A DNA stretch of 64,000 nucleotides, from positions 52,994-116,993 of the IMG/VR virus record IMGVR_UViG_3300027969_002800. One strand, written 5' to 3'. Under the pieces are notes generated by a model. That model saw only the letters and a list, made by a program, of their open reading frames with translations, had not been told where the DNA came from and made no database searches. Numbering within the stretch: position 1 is the first letter of the stretch; the number at the start of each line of letters is the position of its first letter. The position numbers and the translations under genes were made by a program. Shown in pieces: positions 49,842 through 60,893 of the stretch. The DNA comes from a virus.

Positions 49842-52427
49842 ATGGCAATAATTAGATACACAAAAGATGCTACCATACGGTATGCCTACTTAAACATCTT
49901 TCCTGATCAGTTCAAGACAGAGAAGGAGAAACAAGATGAGAGCTGGATTAAAAACACCATGGATTATTTTTCCAACAAAGCTTATGCTGAATACATAAAG
50001 AATAGAGATACGTTTGTAAAGAACTATGATCTTATGAAGGGTATTCTACGTATGGAAGATTTCTATCAAGAACCAGAGGTGAGAAGCTTTACAGATGTAC
50101 TTACAGCAGATCTAGAACTTCCAGCTTATGTAAAACATTATTCTATTGTAACAACACCTATTAATGAGTTAGTAGGAGAGATATCAAAAAGACCTGATAC
50201 ATTCAGAGTGAAAGCTTTTGATGATGATAGTAAAGCAGAAGAGCTTCAGTTCAAGACTGATACATTACAAGAATATGTAATTAATCAAGTGAAACAACAA
50301 CTAGCTGCAAAAGCTGCAATGCAAGGAGAAGAAATAGATCCTGAGCAATTAGATCAGATGACTATGGAACAAGTTAAGGATCAACTTGATAGTTATACAT
50401 CCATAGCTGAGAAGTGGGCTAACCATGTTCTTACATGTCAGAAAGCTGAATTCAATCTTAAAGAAAAGAGTGAAGATGCATTTAGAGATATGTTAATATC
50501 TGCTAGAGAGTTCTATCATATATATGAAGACAACTCTAAGTTAGGATTTAACATAGAGGTGGCTAATCCAAAGAATACTTGGTACCTATCTACACCAGAT
50601 AGAAAATATATATCAGATCCAACAGGTAGAGCACAAGGTGCATATGCTGCTGGTACTGTGACAGTTATGGAACTATCTGAAATTATTGAATCTGTTCCTG
50701 ATCTTACTAAAGAAGAAATAGATCACCTTAGATCATCCTTACAAGATTATGGATTAATCAATGTACGTGAATCTAATCTTGGTAATCCTAATGCTCCAGA
50801 AGGACAAGACTCTGTGCAGTATGATACATTTGACCCTCTCGTTTTACAAACAAGAATGATGATAGAGAGTGAGATGAAAGAGAACAATGATGGACTTAAA
50901 GACTTCTTAGGACTAACCAACAACGTTAGTTCATTTGGATATAAGTATGTTGTTGTAAGAAGCTATTGGATATCTAAAAAGAAAATAGGTAAGTTGATTT
51001 ATACAGATGAAATGGGTAATGAGCAATCAATGCTTGTTGATGAATCATATAAATCAGGAACTATTCCTACACAATCATCACTAGAATGGGGATGGATTAA
51101 CCAATGGTATCAAGGAACAAAGATTGGTCCAGACATCTATCATATCAAACCATTTAAACTATTAAACTATTGTCCTATTATTGGTACTATACATGAGGTG
51201 AAGAACACAGAGGCTAAATCTCTTGTCGATCTTATGAAGCCTTTCCAGGTAATATATAATGTATGTATGAACCAACTTTACAAACTACTTGAGAAAGAGG
51301 TGGGTAAAGTGCAGCTTATGTCATTAAGACACATTCCTATTCCTAAAGATGGAGATGCACAAGATGCTCTTGACATATGGGAAATGGAAGCACGTAATAG
51401 AGGAGTGGTGTTTATTGATGATAGCCCAGAGAATATGAAGAGCCCTAGCTCATTCAATCAATTTACAGCTCTTGATCTTACACGTACACAAGAGATACAA
51501 TCTAGATATAATCTTGCTATGCAGATTAAACAAGAATGTTGGGAACTTGTAGGTATGTCTAAACAACGTATGGGATCTGTTTCTGCTTCTGAATCAGCTA
51601 CAGGTACTAACACTGCAATGCAACAGAGTTATTCTCAAACAGAGCCTCTGTTCGTGGCACATGAGTATGTGATGGGACAATTGTATCAGAGTATTATAGA
51701 TGCTGCTCTTTATGTAGAATCATCCAAACCACAATCTACTCTATCATATATTACATCTGAGGGTGAGTCTGCATTTGTACAAGTGAATGGAACAGATCTT
51801 AGATTTAGAGATTTGAAAGTGTTCCTTACTAATAGACCAGAAGATACACAAATGTTTAATGAGCTTAGACAATTGTCTCAAGCTATTATACAAAATGGTG
51901 GCACACTTTATGATGTTGTTGAACTGTACAGTTCTAAATCACAAAGAGATCTTAAGAAAACATTCAAAGATCTTAGAGATAGACAGATTGCACAACAAGA
52001 ACAAGCTAATCAGTTGCAACAACAACAATTGCAACAACAACAAGAACAATCTCAAGCACAAATTCAACAAGCTGCTCAACAAGCTGAAGCACAAATGGCT
52101 CATGATGATTATCAAAAAGAACTTGATAGACTATCTAAAAAAGAAATTGCCATCATACAAGCTACAGGATTTGGTAATGTTGAAGCTGAAGATGTTAATG
52201 CTAATGCTATTCCTGATGTAATGGAAGTTAGTAGACTTGCTTACGATCAAGATAAAGCTACTAAAGAATATGGATTAAAAATGGCTGATGTTCAATCTAA
52301 AAACAAACAGTTCAACGATAAGATGGCAGTTGAAAAAGATAAGATTGCTGTTGCAAGAGAGAACATGGCAAACGATTTAGCTATTGCTAAAGAAAATGCT
52401 AAGGGCAGAAATAACAAAAAAGGTTAA
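49842..52427 (+). CDS. Portal protein
   Basis: 861 aa directly after TerL; P.I..LVGE..KRP; Gln-rich C-terminal coiled coil. Confidence 0.88.
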   Translation: MAIIRYTKDATIRYAYLNIFPDQFKTEKEKQDESWIKNTMDYFSNKAYAEYIKNRDTFVKNYDLMKGILRMEDFYQEPEVRSFTDVLTADLELPAYVKHYSIVTTPINELVGEISKRPDTFRVKAFDDDSKAEELQFKTDTLQEYVINQVKQQLAAKAAMQGEEIDPEQLDQMTMEQVKDQLDSYTSIAEKWANHVLTCQKAEFNLKEKSEDAFRDMLISAREFYHIYEDNSKLGFNIEVANPKNTWYLSTPDRKYISDPTGRAQGAYAAGTVTVMELSEIIESVPDLTKEEIDHLRSSLQDYGLINVRESNLGNPNAPEGQDSVQYDTFDPLVLQTRMMIESEMKENNDGLKDFLGLTNNVSSFGYKYVVVRSYWISKKKIGKLIYTDEMGNEQSMLVDESYKSGTIPTQSSLEWGWINQWYQGTKIGPDIYHIKPFKLLNYCPIIGTIHEVKNTEAKSLVDLMKPFQVIYNVCMNQLYKLLEKEVGKVQLMSLRHIPIPKDGDAQDALDIWEMEARNRGVVFIDDSPENMKSPSSFNQFTALDLTRTQEIQSRYNLAMQIKQECWELVGMSKQRMGSVSASESATGTNTAMQQSYSQTEPLFVAHEYVMGQLYQSIIDAALYVESSKPQSTLSYITSEGESAFVQVNGTDLRFRDLKVFLTNRPEDTQMFNELRQLSQAIIQNGGTLYDVVELYSSKSQRDLKKTFKDLRDRQIAQQEQANQLQQQQLQQQQEQSQAQIQQAAQQAEAQMAHDDYQKELDRLSKKEIAIIQATGFGNVEAEDVNANAIPDVMEVSRLAYDQDKATKEYGLKMADVQSKNKQFNDKMAVEKDKIAVARENMANDLAIAKENAKGRNNKKG

Positions 52428-52570
52428 AAAAGTTCTCCTCTTCGGGGGAGTAAAAAATATTAATGCTATATTATCAACAAAATTGAATCATATCAACTGA
52501 TAATGCTTTGATATTCAAAACTCTTATTATACATTTACATTAAATAAACCAAACACAAATACAACTACAT

Positions 52571-53827
52571 ATGGCTGACAATTTAGAAACTATGGGAAAC
52601 TTTAGTATCCAAGATACTATGGAAATGGGAATGGGTAACCAAGAACTATTAAATGACTTGTTTTCCCCTGAGACAGCATCATCTAATCCAGAAGATGTAA
52701 CTCCTATTATCAATGAGGCTGATGCACCTGCTGCACCTGCTAAACCAGAAGTTCCAAAAGGTAAGGATATTGTTCCTCCTAAGAGCGTTGATGGTAAAAC
52801 AGATGAAGAGAAACTAGAAGGTCAATCAATGATCTCTGATTTCTTAAGTGATAATCCTGATGATGAAGAGGAAGAAGCTCCAGTATCAAAAGTTGCAAAA
52901 TCTGCAACAGTTGATAATGATGAGGTTGAAGATGAACCAGAAACAACACAGTTCACAGCTCTTGCTAATGATCTATATAAACTAGGAGTGTTCACATCTG
53001 ATGATGATACACAAGAACCAGTTTCTACAGCAGAAGAATTCTTAGAAAGATTTAATGAAGAAAAGAAAAAAGGTGCTAGTGAAATAGTACAAAACTTCAT
53101 AGGACAATTTGGAGAAGATTATCAAGAAGCTTTTGATGCCATATTTGTAAAAGGAGTTGATCCAAAAGATTACTTCACTACATATAACACTGTTGTTGGA
53201 TTTGCTGAGATGGATCTTTCTGATGAGACCAATCAAGTTAGAATAATGAAACAAGCTCTAACTAATCAAGGGTTTGATCCAGAAGATATAGAAACAGAAG
53301 TTGAAAGACTTAAAAACTATGGTGACTTAGAAAGTGTTGCAACTAAAAACCACAAGGTGTTAGTTAAAAAAGAAGCAGCTAAGTTACAAGAATTAGAAGC
53401 TAAATCTGCAGCTGAGCTACAACAAAAAGCTCAAGTCAGAAATCAATATATAAGCAATGTGCAATCCATCTTAAATGATAAGGTGAAAGCAAAAGAGTTT
53501 GATGGTATTCCTATCAATCCAAAATTAGCAACAGAACTACAAGACTTCTTATTAGTAGATAAGTGGAAAACTCCATCAGGAGAAACTCTTACAGACTTTG
53601 ATCGTGCTATTCTTGATATGAAAAGACCTGAGAACCACGCAATGAAAGTTAAGGTGGGGCTAATTCTAAAGATGTTAGAAAAAGATCCTACATTATCAGC
53701 TATACAAAGAACAGGTGTTACGAAGAAATCTAACGAACTGTTTGGAGAAGTTGCAAGACAAGTTACCAAAGCTAAGAGCACTGGTACAGGAGCAAGTAGT
53801 GTTAATACAAAATCGTGGTTTCAATAA
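52571..53827 (+). CDS. Acidic scaffold/cargo-like head protein
   Basis: Acidic disordered N-terminus; between portal and MCP as in crAss-like phages. Confidence 0.6.
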   Translation: MADNLETMGNFSIQDTMEMGMGNQELLNDLFSPETASSNPEDVTPIINEADAPAAPAKPEVPKGKDIVPPKSVDGKTDEEKLEGQSMISDFLSDNPDDEEEEAPVSKVAKSATVDNDEVEDEPETTQFTALANDLYKLGVFTSDDDTQEPVSTAEEFLERFNEEKKKGASEIVQNFIGQFGEDYQEAFDAIFVKGVDPKDYFTTYNTVVGFAEMDLSDETNQVRIMKQALTNQGFDPEDIETEVERLKNYGDLESVATKNHKVLVKKEAAKLQELEAKSAAELQQKAQVRNQYISNVQSILNDKVKAKEFDGIPINPKLATELQDFLLVDKWKTPSGETLTDFDRAILDMKRPENHAMKVKVGLILKMLEKDPTLSAIQRTGVTKKSNELFGEVARQVTKAKSTGTGASSVNTKSWFQ

Positions 53828-53856
53828 CAAATTAATAATTAATAAATTCAAATAAA

Positions 53857-55410
53857 ATGGCAGTTCAAACAATCCCTGGGTTAACTGGTTTTACTTATGC
53901 TCGTGTAGCGTCTATGGACAAGCGTGCAGTAGGTAAACTTACAGACTCGAATCACTTGGAAAGTTTTCACTCTACTGAGCCTGCGGACTATGACAAAAAA
54001 ATCATCAGTCTTTATACCCAGAGCTCATTGTACAGTAATGACTTTCTTGACATGATCAACAAAAGCACACCTTATTATATCGATAATAATAGTGATGCAT
54101 GGAAATGGCAAGTAGCAGTTCCTTACAAATTCCCAAAAATTATTGACATCCCTGCTTCTACAGAAGCTCTGAGCAAACCAGGTATCGATGGTCAAGAATT
54201 CCAATTAGTATTAGATACTAATGAGTTTTCTAAAAACGCTATCATCTCTGTAGGTACACGTCAGTATGGTCCACGTTTCTACGTAATTAAAGATCCTGTG
54301 CCTTGGAATGCTGGATTTTTGTATTCATTCACTCTTGTGACTGACAATCCTACTATCGATTTCGTTAATCCTTTGTTCTTACAATATGGTATCGAACTTG
54401 AATTAGTTGATGCAGCTATTGGAGAATTTGATCAAGACTTATTAGGTCTTCCAAGATTAGGTGAGCAAATCACAATGTTCGAATCTTTAGGTTCTGCATA
54501 TGGATATGAGCACAAAATCACAGAATGGGCTGATGATAAAATGATGAGAGATGCTTCAGGTAAACCTCTTGACATTTTGGTATATGCTCCACAAAGACGT
54601 AACCAATTACCTTTAACTCGTAATGATGTTAAATGGGAACCGTTCATTGAGTTCTGGATGCGTAAATCTATGTTGGAATTGAAAGTTAAACGTATGATCT
54701 GGGCTAAACCAGGTACAGTTAAAACTAACGGTTCTAAACAAGAAGTTAAACGTACATCTGCTGGTGTTTACCACAGAATGAGAAACAATGGTAACTTAGT
54801 ACAATACAACAGAGGTGAATTCTCTGCTAACTTGATTCGTTCAGTATTTGGTGATCTTTTCTACAGAAGAGTGGATGTTAAAGACAGACGAGTTAAAATG
54901 TACACTAACGAAGCTGGATTCGATGTATTCCAACAAGCTTTGAAAACTGATGCATTAAATTCAGGTCTTACATTTATGGCAGATTCTGGAAACAGATATA
55001 TGCAAGGTGAAGGACAACATATCACTTACAACTTTGCATTCGATGCAATGGTTACACGTGAGACTGGTAGAGTTGAACTTATTCACTTGAAAGAATTAGA
55101 TTTACCACAAACTAACCTAGAGTTTGGACAAAACAAAAAATCTACGCCTGTATTTATGGTGTTTGATGTTTCTCCAATGGGTGATGGTAGTATGGTGAAC
55201 AACATTAGAGAAGTGAGAATGAAAGGTGCTCCTTCTATGACTTGGGGTTATATTGATGGTACTCGTCACCACTTAGGTTTTGCTAAGTCTCAAGGTATGA
55301 GTTCAGCTAACAAATTCCCAGGATATGAAATTTGGATGAAAGACAGATGTGATGTATTCATCGAAGATTTGTCTAGAACTGTGTTGATCGAGGAAATCCC
55401 ACAATTCTAA
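53857..55410 (+). CDS. Major capsid protein
   Basis: 517 aa, crAss synteny, visibly biased codon use (TTC/AAC/CGT) typical of high expression. Confidence 0.85.
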   Translation: MAVQTIPGLTGFTYARVASMDKRAVGKLTDSNHLESFHSTEPADYDKKIISLYTQSSLYSNDFLDMINKSTPYYIDNNSDAWKWQVAVPYKFPKIIDIPASTEALSKPGIDGQEFQLVLDTNEFSKNAIISVGTRQYGPRFYVIKDPVPWNAGFLYSFTLVTDNPTIDFVNPLFLQYGIELELVDAAIGEFDQDLLGLPRLGEQITMFESLGSAYGYEHKITEWADDKMMRDASGKPLDILVYAPQRRNQLPLTRNDVKWEPFIEFWMRKSMLELKVKRMIWAKPGTVKTNGSKQEVKRTSAGVYHRMRNNGNLVQYNRGEFSANLIRSVFGDLFYRRVDVKDRRVKMYTNEAGFDVFQQALKTDALNSGLTFMADSGNRYMQGEGQHITYNFAFDAMVTRETGRVELIHLKELDLPQTNLEFGQNKKSTPVFMVFDVSPMGDGSMVNNIREVRMKGAPSMTWGYIDGTRHHLGFAKSQGMSSANKFPGYEIWMKDRCDVFIEDLSRTVLIEEIPQF

Positions 55411-55575
55411 TAATAACAGTAGGCGTACAGCTTCCCATTATAGAACAGCGTATGTCTCTTTTTTCCGAGAAGAATCCCCTCACCTCCTCTCCCTCCTAGA
55501 GGGGAAGCTTCTCAAATTAGAGTGATGGATTGTGGTGTCCACAGTCGCATTCCATTCAATTGGAACACTCTGCAA

Positions 55576-55646
55576 GGCGGTTTAGTGTAATAGGTAGCAT
55601 ATCGGGCTCATAACCCAATGGCCAGGTTCGAGTCCTGAATCCGCAA
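55576..55646 (+). tRNA. tRNA-Met(CAT), initiator-like, with stem mismatches
   Basis: GGG-CTCATAA-CCC anticodon arm, unpaired 1:72, CAGG-TTCGAGT-CCTG; no encoded CCA. Confidence 0.8.
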
Positions 55647-55680
55647 CTAAAATAAACCAAATAAATTAAATTAACTACAT

Positions 55681-56649
55681 ATGGGTAAGACAGGCAAAAT
55701 CTCTACGATAAAGAGAGAGTTCACTAGTACACAACTTCAAACTATGGACAGTGGGTTAGCACAAAAAGGAATGACAAGAATCCCTGGAACAGGAGTATTC
55801 AAGTATCCTTACAAAGAATTAGATGGTAAGTACAGAACAGGATTAGATCCTACTGCTTCATACATCAGAAGAATTTCAGATCCTCTAGAAAGAGAATTAG
55901 AAACTGAAAGAGTTACTAAGCTTAAAGAAAAACTTGAATATGAATTAGGTGATATTGATTTAGGACCTCGTTCAAACTTCTGGAACTATGGACTATCAAC
56001 TTCTACAGATGACCAGACTCACGTACAATCTGTTAAATTAATGGATGGTGATAACTTCTTTGATCTATCAGTTCCTTTTCAAGAGATAGCCTTTTCATGG
56101 TTGAGAGTACATCCAACAATTGCATCAAGTCACCAAGCTTGGGAAAGAGGTGAGTATCCAGCAGAGACACAGTTCTATGTTGTAGATGATGAGATTGAGA
56201 ATGCAGTTATATACAAGAAAAAACAATTGATCAACAAAGCAATTGTATTATTTGATTCAATGACTCCTGAGAAGAAAAAGAAAGTTGCAAGACTTTTAGG
56301 ACTTCCAGTAACAGAAGAAACCAAAGAAGAGGTTGTTTACAATCAAGTAGATAACGTATTGAAACAAACAGAATTTAAGAATGGTAAATATTCAGGATTA
56401 AATCCAGTTGAAGTGTTCAATAGATTTGCTACAATGAAAGATGACTTACTACATATTAAAGATTTAGTTAAACAAGCAACAGCACATTCAGTATATAGAA
56501 TCAAACCTAATGGTAAGATATATGAAGGTGAATATGAAGTGGCAAAAGATGAAGATGACTTAGTTAGATTCTTAGCTGATGATGATAACCAAGATGAGTT
56601 ATTGATATTAGAAGGTAAATTAAAAACTAAAAAACTAGCTTCTGTTTAA
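55681..56649 (+). CDS. Conserved protein of the structural module
   Basis: Synteny after MCP; hairpin AAAACTAGC/GCTAGTTTT over the stop codon. Confidence 0.6.
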   Translation: MGKTGKISTIKREFTSTQLQTMDSGLAQKGMTRIPGTGVFKYPYKELDGKYRTGLDPTASYIRRISDPLERELETERVTKLKEKLEYELGDIDLGPRSNFWNYGLSTSTDDQTHVQSVKLMDGDNFFDLSVPFQEIAFSWLRVHPTIASSHQAWERGEYPAETQFYVVDDEIENAVIYKKKQLINKAIVLFDSMTPEKKKKVARLLGLPVTEETKEEVVYNQVDNVLKQTEFKNGKYSGLNPVEVFNRFATMKDDLLHIKDLVKQATAHSVYRIKPNGKIYEGEYEVAKDEDDLVRFLADDDNQDELLILEGKLKTKKLASV

Positions 56650-56677
56650 GAGGCTAGTTTTAAAAATATAAAAGCAT

Positions 56678-57409
56678 ATGATCCCAGTAGATAGTTTATT
56701 ATATAAAGTAGATCAAAGACTAAATAAACTATCAACTAATGAGCACCAACAGATTCAATTAGAAGATAAGATTTTAGCTTTGAACGAAGCTCAGATTAAG
56801 TTGATAAAACAAAAGATTGATGGTATTAGTATTGCTAGTGGATTAGGAATGGATTCTTTTAAAAAGCGTTACGAAGATTTACAAAGTCTTGTAATGAATT
56901 ATAATCACCAACCTTTAACATTAACATTAAAAGATCGTGATTTAAATCAATGGGCTGCTAATATTCATTTACTTGAACCTAAGTATATGTTTTATGTTGA
57001 CAGTTATGCATTAGCTGATAAAGGAAGATGTAAAGATAGAAAGATATGGATTAACCGAGATCTTGCTAAACATGGTGATCTTCAATTCATATTAAACAAT
57101 GAGCATTACAAACCTTCATTTGAATACCAAGAAACATTTAACTTCTTAGCATCAGATGAAATCTCAATCTTTACTGATGGTACCTTTACCCCTAAGAATC
57201 TACAAATAATGTATATGAGATATCCTCTTTATATTAATAAAACAGGATATATAATGTTAGATGGTAATCCATCATTTGATCAAGACTGTGAACTTGAGAC
57301 ATACTTAGAAGATGAACTTCTAGATCTTACAGTTCAGAATCTAGCAATGTATACTGAGAATGCTGCTGCAGTACAAAGTGCACAGTTCAGAATACAAACA
57401 AACGAGTAA
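56678..57409 (+). CDS. Putative tail ring/head-tail adaptor protein
   Basis: LNEAQ, KRYEDLQ.L, Y.RYP, CEL...EL...V pattern typical of crAss ring proteins. Confidence 0.6.
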   Translation: MIPVDSLLYKVDQRLNKLSTNEHQQIQLEDKILALNEAQIKLIKQKIDGISIASGLGMDSFKKRYEDLQSLVMNYNHQPLTLTLKDRDLNQWAANIHLLEPKYMFYVDSYALADKGRCKDRKIWINRDLAKHGDLQFILNNEHYKPSFEYQETFNFLASDEISIFTDGTFTPKNLQIMYMRYPLYINKTGYIMLDGNPSFDQDCELETYLEDELLDLTVQNLAMYTENAAAVQSAQFRIQTNE

Positions 57410-57434
57410 ATTTTTAACTTAATAAATAAACAAA

Positions 57435-58625
57435 ATGGCTGATTTTTCATTAACCACGTTATTCGTGGTTCCAGTAGGGCAAACAACTGTCCCTAGCTCT
57501 GGCTCAACACAAGACTTGACTGCAGGTACTGTGGGAATCTTTAACAATCTTTATGCTACTGTAACTAGTACCACTATCAAAAGTGCTCCTTACTTCTACA
57601 TTGCACAAGGAAGACAAAACACTTATCTTCAAGGATCTAAAAGATCTGACAAAATTGGTGTTGCTACAACTGCATTAACAGGTAATGCTCAAACAATTTC
57701 AGGAAAAGCATCTAACGTAACTGAATGGTATAAAGTAACAGGATGTCCAACTGCGGCAAACCAAATTACTGATGTAACTAACTTCACTGCACAATGTGGT
57801 GATGTAATCACACTTACCCTTCGTGCTGACAGTTCTTACCTTAGAACTCTTTATTTCAACGGATTTACACGTTCAGTAACTATTCAAGCACCTTGTTGTG
57901 ATTGTGGTGATGATCCATGTACTGATGTTGATGCAAATGGATTGATTAACCAATTGATTGCAAAATTAACTGCACAAGCTCCTGGTATCAATCCTGACAA
58001 CATTAGCTTGAACAACTTCTACACATTTGAAAATGTAGGTGGAACTATTCTACGTATTACAGGAAAACCTTTAACAGCATATGGACAACCATGTGATATT
58101 GCTGCGTTCCCTTTTGAATATGACAGAATGACTTTCAGAACTTTTGTATATGCTGGTCCAGCTACAACTGCTGACTTTATTGTTGCTGATTCTTGTAACA
58201 TTGTTGCTGATGCTGTTATCACTCAACGTTCTTCTTATGCTTCAGGACAAGCTGCAGAATTTATTCAATTAGAGAAAAACTTCTATAGCTACCAAGCTGG
58301 TTACTTGAAACACCTTTACAGAATGAATGGTTACAATGAGAACTTTGAATCTTATGTTTCTGCAGGTGCTACTTATAACTCATTCTATATCAAATTCAAT
58401 GAGTATGACAAATCTGCTTACCAATGGGGCGATTATATTATGGAAGATTCTACAGTAATTCTTGCGGTTCCTCAAGGAGGTTCTGATCTTACTGATGAAT
58501 TTGAAGCAATCTTGGTAGGTGCTTTAGGAGCTGTTACAGATGATAATGATTGTGTAATTACAACCACTACTACATCAACTGCTGCGCCTTCAACAACAAC
58601 CACTTCATCTACTAACATTCCTTAA
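57435..58625 (+). CDS. Abundant virion structural (auxiliary capsid-like) protein with Thr-rich C-terminal tail
   Basis: High-expression codon bias; ends ITTTTTSTAAPSTTTTSSTNIP. Confidence 0.65.
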   Translation: MADFSLTTLFVVPVGQTTVPSSGSTQDLTAGTVGIFNNLYATVTSTTIKSAPYFYIAQGRQNTYLQGSKRSDKIGVATTALTGNAQTISGKASNVTEWYKVTGCPTAANQITDVTNFTAQCGDVITLTLRADSSYLRTLYFNGFTRSVTIQAPCCDCGDDPCTDVDANGLINQLIAKLTAQAPGINPDNISLNNFYTFENVGGTILRITGKPLTAYGQPCDIAAFPFEYDRMTFRTFVYAGPATTADFIVADSCNIVADAVITQRSSYASGQAAEFIQLEKNFYSYQAGYLKHLYRMNGYNENFESYVSAGATYNSFYIKFNEYDKSAYQWGDYIMEDSTVILAVPQGGSDLTDEFEAILVGALGAVTDDNDCVITTTTTSTAAPSTTTTSSTNIP

Positions 58626-58658
58626 GGATAACAAGTAGAATTATAAATTCCTAATACT

Positions 58659-58697
58659 GAGGGGAGATGAGTTTAAAAACGCTCTCTCCCCTTTTTA
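58659..58697 (+). terminator. Intrinsic terminator
   Basis: AGGGGAGA...TCTCCCCT followed by TTTT. Confidence 0.7.
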
Positions 58698-58718
58698 TTA
58701 ACCTTCAAACACAAACTC

Positions 58719-59285
58719 ATGGCAGATTTAAAATTAGACATACTTGTAGTACCTACATATAGTACATTAACACTTGGAGTGATGGACGCTTCAACCTATC
58801 CAACAGATCCACCAGATGTTGAAAGTGCAAGTATGAAAATAACTATTCCTGGATTTGGAGAAGCTCCATTATTACCATTTGATGTAAATTCATTTAATTT
58901 ATATAACTCTGGTAATCTTGGTATTACTGAAGTGGGTATTGATCAACCTCTACCTGATGGAATATACAGATTAAGATACTCTGTAGCACCTGCATATTTG
59001 AACTTTGTAGAAAGAACAATAATGCGTACAGAAAGAATACAAGAAAAGTTTGATAGAGCTTTTCTTCAATTAGATTTAATGGAATGCGATGGTGCAATTA
59101 AAACACAATCTAGTGTTACATTAAACACGATCAACTTCTTTATACAAGGAGCAATAGCTGCAGGTAATAACTGTGCTGAATATGAGGCAACTAGATTATA
59201 CAATCAAGCAGATAATATGTTAAATAGTTTTTTAAGATCTAACTGTGGTTGTTCAGGTAACAACTATCAAATTAATTTCAATTAA
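58719..59285 (+). CDS. Putative structural protein
   Basis: LPDGIY..Y motif; tail region. Confidence 0.6.
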   Translation: MADLKLDILVVPTYSTLTLGVMDASTYPTDPPDVESASMKITIPGFGEAPLLPFDVNSFNLYNSGNLGITEVGIDQPLPDGIYRLRYSVAPAYLNFVERTIMRTERIQEKFDRAFLQLDLMECDGAIKTQSSVTLNTINFFIQGAIAAGNNCAEYEATRLYNQADNMLNSFLRSNCGCSGNNYQINFN

Positions 59286-59287
59286 TC

Positions 59288-59383
59288 ATGGCACAATGTA
59301 ATTCATGTGGAGCTAATGTAGGATGTGGATGTCAATTAAAAAATGGACTATGTGCTACATGCGCAGGTAAAATAAATAAATAA
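59288..59383 (+). CDS. 31-aa Cys-rich peptide, not in ORF track
   Basis: MAQCNSCGANVGCGCQLKNGLCATCAGKINK; fills the gap between two genes. Confidence 0.65.
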   Translation: MAQCNSCGANVGCGCQLKNGLCATCAGKINK

Positions 59384-59384
59384 T

Positions 59385-59750
59385 ATGTTAACACCAAGAC
59401 TAACTAATTGTCCTGAATGTGCAGACATTCCTAATTTATTAAAAAAGATAGATTGTAAGTTAGCAGAATATGCTAATGGTCTATACAACAATGTTGTATT
59501 CATGTTGAATCAAGTTGTCTCTGCTGGAGCAATGATTCAACTTTTGGCGTATAAAAGAATCCTTACATACAAACAATGTAATCCTGATTACTTAAGTGAT
59601 TTCTGTATGGATAAGATTGTAAGTAAGGTGATAAGACTAACATCAGGTTGTTATATCAAACCTATCTTTACACCAATTCCTACAACATCTACAACATCAA
59701 CATCTACTACTTGTCAACCACTAACCACCACCACCACAACAACAATATAA
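59385..59750 (+). CDS. Putative structural protein with Thr-rich tail
   Basis: Ends PIPTTSTTSTSTTCQPLTTTTTTTI. Confidence 0.65.
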   Translation: MLTPRLTNCPECADIPNLLKKIDCKLAEYANGLYNNVVFMLNQVVSAGAMIQLLAYKRILTYKQCNPDYLSDFCMDKIVSKVIRLTSGCYIKPIFTPIPTTSTTSTSTTCQPLTTTTTTTI

Positions 59751-59762
59751 AATAAATATAAT

Positions 59763-60893
59763 ATGTCTAATTGTCAAAATTGTTTTAATGGATGCACCGA
59801 AACTGTTTCAGATCAGTGTGTCAGATATACAGGAATAGATGTTCCTACATTAGGTATTCAAACTGGTGATCCTTTATCAGTGATTGAACAATCTCTAACC
59901 ACATTTCTTGTTTCTGCATTAGATGGATCTGGAATAAAAATAGACCTTAGTAGTATAGATGTATGTACAGCGGTACAACAATATCTTCCTAATTGTGGAG
60001 AACTATCTATTGCAGATATATCAAAAGCTCTTATAGAAGCTGCTTGTAATATACAAGAACAAGTTGATGTTATTGCTGCTACACTTGCTGTATTAAACGC
60101 TGATTATACAATTGGATGTTTAACAGGTGTTACAGCATCTTCTGATACACATGCCATTGTGCAAGCTACAATAACAAAACTTTGTAGTGTTGATGCTAGT
60201 TTAGCATTTGTAATTGGTCAACTGCCATCATATGTATTAAAATCAGAAATCTGTACATTGATTGAAGATTGTACAAGTGGTACTAGTGTAGCAATTAAAG
60301 CTCAAAGCAAAATGCTTCCTTATAGTGTAATTTCTTATTATGGACCAGCATCTGGATATCCAACTATATCAGATGGATTTGGTAGTACAGGTGCAGGATA
60401 TGGATATTGGGAAAATGTATATCTATGTAATGGAGGAAATCCAGGTGTTCCAGATTTGAGAGGAAGAGTTGCTGTAGGTGCTACAGATATGGCAACAGCA
60501 GCATGGCCTACCAGTGGACAAACACAACCAGGTGTTAATGATAATCCTGCATATGGATACAAAGATCCAGCTACAGGAATACAAGGAAGTAACTTTACTA
60601 CATTAACATTAGCACAAATACCAGCACATAATCATGCTGGTTCTACAGCAACTACAATTATTTCTCCATCGAGCCACAGTCATACTTTTGCTACACAAAA
60701 TGTTTCTACTGGTTCTGTTGGTAATAATGTTCAAGGTACAAGTCAAAGTACTGCGGGTGGAACAAAAACAACAAGTGATGTTACAATTAGTGCAACAACA
60801 ACATTAACAATATTACCACAAGGCCAGGGTGAGAAACATTCTAATATTCAACCAGGACTTGCAGTTTATTATCTTATCTATATCCCAGCATAA
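59763..60893 (+). CDS. Tail collar domain fibre protein
   Basis: LCNG..PDLRGRV.VG; TLT.AQIPAHNH; HSNIQP. Confidence 0.8.
   Translation: MSNCQNCFNGCTETVSDQCVRYTGIDVPTLGIQTGDPLSVIEQSLTTFLVSALDGSGIKIDLSSIDVCTAVQQYLPNCGELSIADISKALIEAACNIQEQVDVIAATLAVLNADYTIGCLTGVTASSDTHAIVQATITKLCSVDASLAFVIGQLPSYVLKSEICTLIEDCTSGTSVAIKAQSKMLPYSVISYYGPASGYPTISDGFGSTGAGYGYWENVYLCNGGNPGVPDLRGRVAVGATDMATAAWPTSGQTQPGVNDNPAYGYKDPATGIQGSNFTTLTLAQIPAHNHAGSTATTIISPSSHSHTFATQNVSTGSVGNNVQGTSQSTAGGTKTTSDVTISATTTLTILPQGQGEKHSNIQPGLAVYYLIYIPA

Noticed and set aside
52000-52100. CAA-rich tandem repeat
   Set aside because: Encodes the ordinary Gln-rich coiled coil of the portal
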